From the NCBI GenBank assembly GCA_034421955.1, contig DAOUJZ010000075.1, positions 7,683 to 71,682 on the forward strand: a stretch of DNA of 64,000 nt, in the 5' to 3' direction. This DNA comes from Dehalococcoidia bacterium. Lineage in GTDB: Bacteria; Chloroflexota; Dehalococcoidia; Lucifugimonadales; CATOSD01. The notes beneath the pieces were generated by a model. It searched no databases and was not told the origin of the DNA. It was given only the letters and a program-made list of their open reading frames with translations. Made by a program: the position numbers and the translations under genes. This document shows, in pieces, positions 59,693 through 64,000 of the stretch (the stretch's first letter is position 1; the number at the start of each line of letters is the position of its first letter).

Positions 59693-60970
59693 TTAGTCGT
59701 CGCTGGCGACTGCGGCCTCGGCGGGCGCCGTTTCCGTTGCGCCGTTGGCGATGGGCTTGTTGGTGGCCGGGTCGACCTCGAACGGGCTGAACAGCTCCAG
59801 CTCCTTGCCCATCTCGCGGACGGCGGGGATCACCTCTTCGCCCATGAGCCTGAGGCTGCGCATCTGGTCCTCGTGGGTCATGGCGCCGTCGCCGTCCCAG
59901 AAGAAGACGCTGCCGGGGCGCAGGTACTCCAGCACGTGGCGGATCTTGGGCAGCACGGTCTTGGGCGTGCCGGTGATGATCGTGTAGTCGTTGATCTGGT
60001 CCTCGTAGGCGCGCGAGAGCTGGCCGCCGCGGTTGACGGTGGCAGCGTCCCGCGTGGGCAGCACGCGCGTGCGGGACGTGAGGCCGGGCAGGGAGAGGAG
60101 CGCGGGGTTGGCCGTGCCCTCGTTGCCGGCGAGGAAGGGGTTGCTGGGGCCCTGGACGTACTTGCGAGCCACCTCTTCCGCCAGCTCCTCGGTCTCATCG
60201 ACGTGGACCTTCCACAGGTAGCCGATGTTCTGGGGGCCGGACTCGTAGCCGAGCTCCTCGGCGGAGTCGTGGTAGAGCTGGAAGGCCTGGCGGGTCGGCT
60301 CGAGCTTGGTGGCGAGCATGATGTAGGGGATGCGGTTCTTCGCGGCCCAGCGCAGGGAGTCGCGGCTCACCACACCGGGCAGCCAGATGGGCGGATGCGG
60401 CTTCTGGAAGGGCCGCGCCCAGGGGTTGACGTAGCGGTAGTGGTAGTGCTTGCCCTCCCAGCGGAAGGGGCCGGGCTCGGTCCAGGCCTTGACGATGAAG
60501 TCGTGTGCCTCCTGGAAGCGCTCCCAGTTGTAGGGAGGCGGCGCGTTATGCGCCACGCTCTCGCGTCCGGTGCCGCGCACCCAGCCGGAGACCAGGCGGC
60601 CGCGTGAGATCATGTCGATGATGGCGAGCTGCTCCACCAGCCAGAGGGGGTCGTCCCAGATGGGCAGGATGTTGCCGAGCAGGACTATCTTGGCGCGCTT
60701 GGTGACGCGGGCGAGAATGCCGGCCTCGATGTTCATGGTGCCGCCCATGCAGAAGGGCGTGGAGTGGTGCTCGTTGAGCATGAGGCCGTCGAAGCCCATC
60801 TCCTCGGCGTACAGCCGCTCGTCGATGTAGCGGTTGTAGAGGTCGGAGCCGAGCTCGGGGTCGTAGATGTCGTTGCTGAGATCGAGGTCCTTGATGGGCA
60901 GGCCCGTGGCTCCGAAGTAGCCGGACTTGGGGTCCTGGTACGGTCTCTCGGTGAAGTGGCCAATAAACAT
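59693..60970 (-). CDS. LLM-class (luciferase-like) flavin-dependent monooxygenase
   Basis: MFIGHFTERPY...GFDGLMLNEHHSTPFCM...ISRGRLVSGWVRG. Start at ATG 60968-60970; the upstream part of the track ORF is low-complexity. Confidence 0.85.
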   Translation of the reverse strand: MFIGHFTERPYQDPKSGYFGATGLPIKDLDLSNDIYDPELGSDLYNRYIDERLYAEEMGFDGLMLNEHHSTPFCMGGTMNIEAGILARVTKRAKIVLLGNILPIWDDPLWLVEQLAIIDMISRGRLVSGWVRGTGRESVAHNAPPPYNWERFQEAHDFIVKAWTEPGPFRWEGKHYHYRYVNPWARPFQKPHPPIWLPGVVSRDSLRWAAKNRIPYIMLATKLEPTRQAFQLYHDSAEELGYESGPQNIGYLWKVHVDETEELAEEVARKYVQGPSNPFLAGNEGTANPALLSLPGLTSRTRVLPTRDAATVNRGGQLSRAYEDQINDYTIITGTPKTVLPKIRHVLEYLRPGSVFFWDGDGAMTHEDQMRSLRLMGEEVIPAVREMGKELELFSPFEVDPATNKPIANGATETAPAEAAVASDD

Positions 60971-61230
60971 GCCGGAATTCTCCTTCCTGCCTATGCAAAA
61001 TAGGCGCGGGGACGCGCCCGGCCGGAATGGGCGTATTCTACAAACGGCGCTAAGAAGTGTCAAATTGGGCTGCGGGCTTGCGGCGGCGGTCTGAGGCGTG
61101 CCGGCTTCTGGGAGAGGGGAGCGCAGACTTGGCATATTCCGGCTTTGGTGCAATAATGAAGATAGTTTGAAACTACGCGGAAGCGGGCGCGTACGCGTCA
61201 CACCAGGAGCCCAGGAGGAGACTAGGATAA

Positions 61231-62256
61231 ATGGACTTTTACAAGGCTGAGTACATCTGGATCGATGGAGCGGAACCCACCGCCAAACTGCGCTCCAAGG
61301 GCAAGGTGGTTCCCAAGGGAGAGGCTCCGCCTCTGTGGGGATTCGACGGCTCCAGCACCAACCAGGCCCCCGGCGAGAACTCGGACTGCGTGCTGAACCC
61401 GGTGTTCGTCTGCAAGGACCCGATCCGCGGCGGCGACCACAAACTCGTGATGTGCGAGGTTCTGCTTCCGGATATGTCCCCGCATCCGTCCAACACGCGC
61501 GCCGCGTGCGCCGAGTTGGCCGCAAAGTACGGCGACTTCGACACCTGGTTCGGCATCGAGCAGGAGTACACCTTCTTCGACGGCATCAAACCTCTCGGCT
61601 GGCCGGACAACGGCTTCCCAGCACCCCAGGGCGGTTACTACTGCGGCGTAGGCTCCGACGAGGTGTTCGGCCGACCCATCGTCGAGGCTCACCTCGACGC
61701 CTGCCTGGAAGCGGGCTTGATGGTCTCTGGTATCAACGCCGAGGTCATGCCCTCCCAGTGGGAGTTCCAGATAGGCCCGGTTGGCGCTCCGCTGGTCGCC
61801 GACCAGCTCTGGGTGGCCCGGTGGCTGCTCTACCGCGTCGGAGAGGACGTGCACATCTCCGACTCGCCCAACAAGGGCGTCACCGCGAGGCTGGACCCGA
61901 AGCCGGTGAAGGGCGACTGGAACGGCGCGGGCGCGCACTGCAACTTCTCGACGAGGCAGATGCGCGAGAACTACGAGGCCTGCATCGACGCCGCCGAGGC
62001 GCTGGGCCGCAACCACGATCTGCACATCGCCAACTACGGCGACCGCATCGAGGAGCGCCTGACCGGGCTGCATGAGACGTGCTCGTACCGCGAGTTTCGG
62101 TACGGGGTGTCGGACAGGGGCGCTTCCGTGCGCATACCCTGGCAGGTGCACCGCGACGGCAAGGGCTACATCGAGGACAGGCGCCCCAACGCCAACTGCG
62201 ACCCCTACAAGGTCACGGAGTTGATCCTCGGCACCGTCTGCGGCGCAGCCTCCTAG
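61231..62256 (+). CDS. glnII: glutamine synthetase type II
   Basis: AEYIWIDG...FDGSSTNQAPG...GIEQEYTFF...NAEVMPSQWEFQIGP...GAGAHCNFS...SVRIP, 341 aa. Confidence 0.9.
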   Translation: MDFYKAEYIWIDGAEPTAKLRSKGKVVPKGEAPPLWGFDGSSTNQAPGENSDCVLNPVFVCKDPIRGGDHKLVMCEVLLPDMSPHPSNTRAACAELAAKYGDFDTWFGIEQEYTFFDGIKPLGWPDNGFPAPQGGYYCGVGSDEVFGRPIVEAHLDACLEAGLMVSGINAEVMPSQWEFQIGPVGAPLVADQLWVARWLLYRVGEDVHISDSPNKGVTARLDPKPVKGDWNGAGAHCNFSTRQMRENYEACIDAAEALGRNHDLHIANYGDRIEERLTGLHETCSYREFRYGVSDRGASVRIPWQVHRDGKGYIEDRRPNANCDPYKVTELILGTVCGAAS

Positions 62257-62283
62257 CCCCTCTCGCTTCAGGCCGGAAAAGTA

Positions 62284-62320
62284 GAGAGCCCCCGATTTTC
62301 GGGGGCTCTCGTCGTGTTTG
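62284..62320 (+). terminator. rho-independent terminator after glnII
   Basis: Perfect 10-bp stem GAGAGCCCCC / GGGGGCTCTC (62284-62293, 62301-62310) followed by GTCGTGTTT. Confidence 0.7.
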
Positions 62321-62555
62321 GGAGTCGCGCTGCCTTTTCACCCCCGTGATTCTCATAACATACCCCTGTAAGCCCTCGCAGGCGCAAGAGCCAGCCCCGA
62401 GCCCCTTCCTCCTGTCCACACTGAGCGCAGCCGATCCGCCCTGAGCGTAGCCGATAGCGCCCGTAATCCTTGCCCCCGACGTCCCGTCGTGAGCAAATGT
62501 TCTGCCAAATGCTGTACAATCGTGAAACCACCTGCGATTTACATGAGAGAACACT

Positions 62556-64000
62556 ATGCCTCGACAGACAGAGCCTAGCGCCAACAACGCCCTCGGCGCG
62601 CTGCTTCAGGCCATGCTGGGAAGCAGCAGGGTTCGCACTGAGAACACCCGTGTCATAGCCGACCATCCCAGGCTGCGGCCCGACATCGTGATTACGCGGG
62701 ACGGACGTTCGCCCGTAGTGATAGAGGCCGAGTACATGCCCGCGCCTACCGCCGAGGACGAAGCCAAGTCTCGTCTCAACCTGGAACTGGCGCGGGAGCG
62801 CCGTATGATCGAGGCCGCCATCGCCTTGAGATACCCTGAAGACGTGGCCGATGCCGACGACCTCACCGCCGCCATTAGCGCCGCGCGGCTGTCTTACTGC
62901 GTCTTTACCAATGGCCGAAGAAGGTTAGTGCGTTTCCCCGAATCGGGCTGGTTGGAAGGCTCAGTGTCTGACCTCGCAGACCTCGCCCGGCTGGTGTCTC
63001 TTCCGCAGAACGCCGTGGATGCCGCGGCGAATGCGATGGAACAGGGCATCGACCGCGTAGCCGCGATATTGGATGAGATAGAGGGTAGCCGCGCACACGT
63101 CAACCGCGGAATAGCGCGCCTGCTGGGTATGACCAACGTGCCCCAGATGCGACGTATGGCCTGTGCCATTATCGCAAACGCCATGGTATTCCACGACCGC
63201 ATGGCCGGGATGTATAAGGACGTCAGGCCGCTAAGGCTCGTATGCGGACGGGAGGTTGCCGACCCACAAGCTGAAATCCTCGAAGCATGGTCGCGAATCC
63301 TGAGAATCAACTATTGGCCTATCTTTGCTGTCGGCAGGGACATTCTGAATCAACTCCCTTCTGACGTCGCCGCTCGCTTGCTAAGAACCTTGGAAACCAC
63401 ATCAGGGGAGGTCAGGGCGACCGGCATCGACAACTCACACGACCTTACCGGGCGAGTTTTCCAGAGGCTGATAGCCGACCGCAAGTACCTCGCCACCTTC
63501 TACACACTGCCCTCATCGGCGTCGTTGCTGGCGCGGCTGGCGGTGGCAAAGATGGATGTGGACTGGTCGGACGCCGAGGCCATCGGCAAACTGAGGGTAG
63601 GCGATTTCGCGTGCGGAACCGGCGCGTTGCTCTCGGCAGTGTATGAGCAGATAGCCGCCCGCCACGAGCGGGCCGGGGGCGACCCGGCCGTTCTTCACCC
63701 GTCGATGATGGAAGAGGTCCTCTACGGCTGCGACGTCATGCCGTCAGCCGTTCACATTACCAGTTCCACGCTCTCCGGCGCACAGCCTGAAGTGATATAC
63801 AGAGACTCCAGGACATACACTCTTGCCTATGGCCGCCTCCCGGACACCAGCGTCAGAATCGGCTCTCTGGAATTACTCGAATCGTCCTCTGCGATGACCC
63901 TGTTCAACACCAGTGACCCCGGCAGGCGCACGGGCAGCATAGGGGAAGAGACCGCCTCCCACCTGATTGTTGAGATAGCCGACGCCGGCTTCGACCTTGT
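62556..64000 (+). CDS. large nuclease-like N-terminus + SAM-dependent N6 DNA methyltransferase-like protein (type IIG/IIL-like; 3' end outside window)
   Basis: My own translation from ATG 62556 is open to the window end. It has RLRPDIVITRDGRSPVVIEAEY near the N-terminus, then RVFQRLIADRKYLATFYTLPSSA and motif I VGDFACGTGALL. Confidence 0.65.
   Translation, partial: MPRQTEPSANNALGALLQAMLGSSRVRTENTRVIADHPRLRPDIVITRDGRSPVVIEAEYMPAPTAEDEAKSRLNLELARERRMIEAAIALRYPEDVADADDLTAAISAARLSYCVFTNGRRRLVRFPESGWLEGSVSDLADLARLVSLPQNAVDAAANAMEQGIDRVAAILDEIEGSRAHVNRGIARLLGMTNVPQMRRMACAIIANAMVFHDRMAGMYKDVRPLRLVCGREVADPQAEILEAWSRILRINYWPIFAVGRDILNQLPSDVAARLLRTLETTSGEVRATGIDNSHDLTGRVFQRLIADRKYLATFYTLPSSASLLARLAVAKMDVDWSDAEAIGKLRVGDFACGTGALLSAVYEQIAARHERAGGDPAVLHPSMMEEVLYGCDVMPSAVHITSSTLSGAQPEVIYRDSRTYTLAYGRLPDTSVRIGSLELLESSSAMTLFNTSDPGRRTGSIGEETASHLIVEIADAGFDL

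Noticed and set aside
57974-60607. 877-aa plus-strand ORF
   Set aside because: It is antisense to the halogenase-like and LLM genes and has a low-complexity Gly/Ala/Val/Arg composition. It is a shadow ORF.
62421-62461. Imperfect 20-bp tandem repeat CTGAGCGYAGCCGAT... upstream of the methyltransferase-like gene
   Set aside because: There are only two copies with several mismatches and no supporting context. It is noted but is too weak to interpret.

Overview
GC-rich bacterial chromosomal segment with about 55 protein-coding genes. I recognised no rRNA, tRNA or CRISPR array. All calls come from reading the six-frame translations and the DNA by eye, using motif recall only; no database search was run.

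Backbone genes:
- Hopanoid cluster at 0.8-6.7 kb: polyprenyl synthase, hpnH, hpnG, shc and an HpnD/CrtB-family synthase.
- Acyl-CoA dehydrogenase, cystathionine gamma-synthase-like enzyme and an MFS transporter.
- Family-4 UDG, RNase J, FtsK, fused AccD-AccA carboxyltransferase, YhhQ and a lone LeuD.
- NrdR plus a class II (B12) ribonucleotide reductase split by a 361-aa LAGLIDADG intein at the NPCGE active-site loop.
- YggT, ProC, a PdxA-like enzyme, an SDR pair (one degenerate), BirA, a CrtI-like oxidoreductase and L-2-hydroxyglutarate oxidase.
- HtrA, YihY, an AlkA-like glycosylase and an alpha/beta hydrolase.
- A catabolic block (TPP enzyme, double CaiB/BaiF CoA-transferase, TPP enzyme, flavin-halogenase-like protein, LLM monooxygenase), followed by type II glutamine synthetase.

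The enzyme repertoire and the repeat families resemble a Chloroflexota/SAR202-like, possibly host-associated organism. That is inference only.

At least six visibly AT-richer islets carry nuclease-, NTPase- or toxin-type genes:
- 20.9-22.7 kb: fused MNT-HEPN protein plus an NYN protein.
- 28.0-30.0 kb: unknown 185-aa protein translationally coupled to an HTH-ImmA/IrrE peptidase.
- 38.4-40.9 kb: three overlapping orphan genes next to a truncated exonuclease/helicase gene.
- 48.3-51.1 kb: 66-aa protein, Rad50/SMC-like zinc-hook ATPase and a 173-aa PD-(D/E)xK-like protein.
- 55.6-56.1 kb: lone small nuclease-like ORF.
- 62.6 kb to the window end: nuclease-like N-terminus fused to an N6-methyltransferase-like protein.

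The 48.3-51.1 kb and 38.4-40.9 kb cassettes are my best candidates for an undescribed system.

Several small palindromic repeat families are scattered through the window:
- One copy sits in frame inside the halogenase-like gene, flanked by a perfect 15-bp target duplication.
- Two copies form the in-frame linker that fuses two CoA-transferase domains.
- Other copies supply gene tails.

A 48-bp direct repeat that includes the hydrolase stop codon brackets a plant-type LRR lipoprotein gene.
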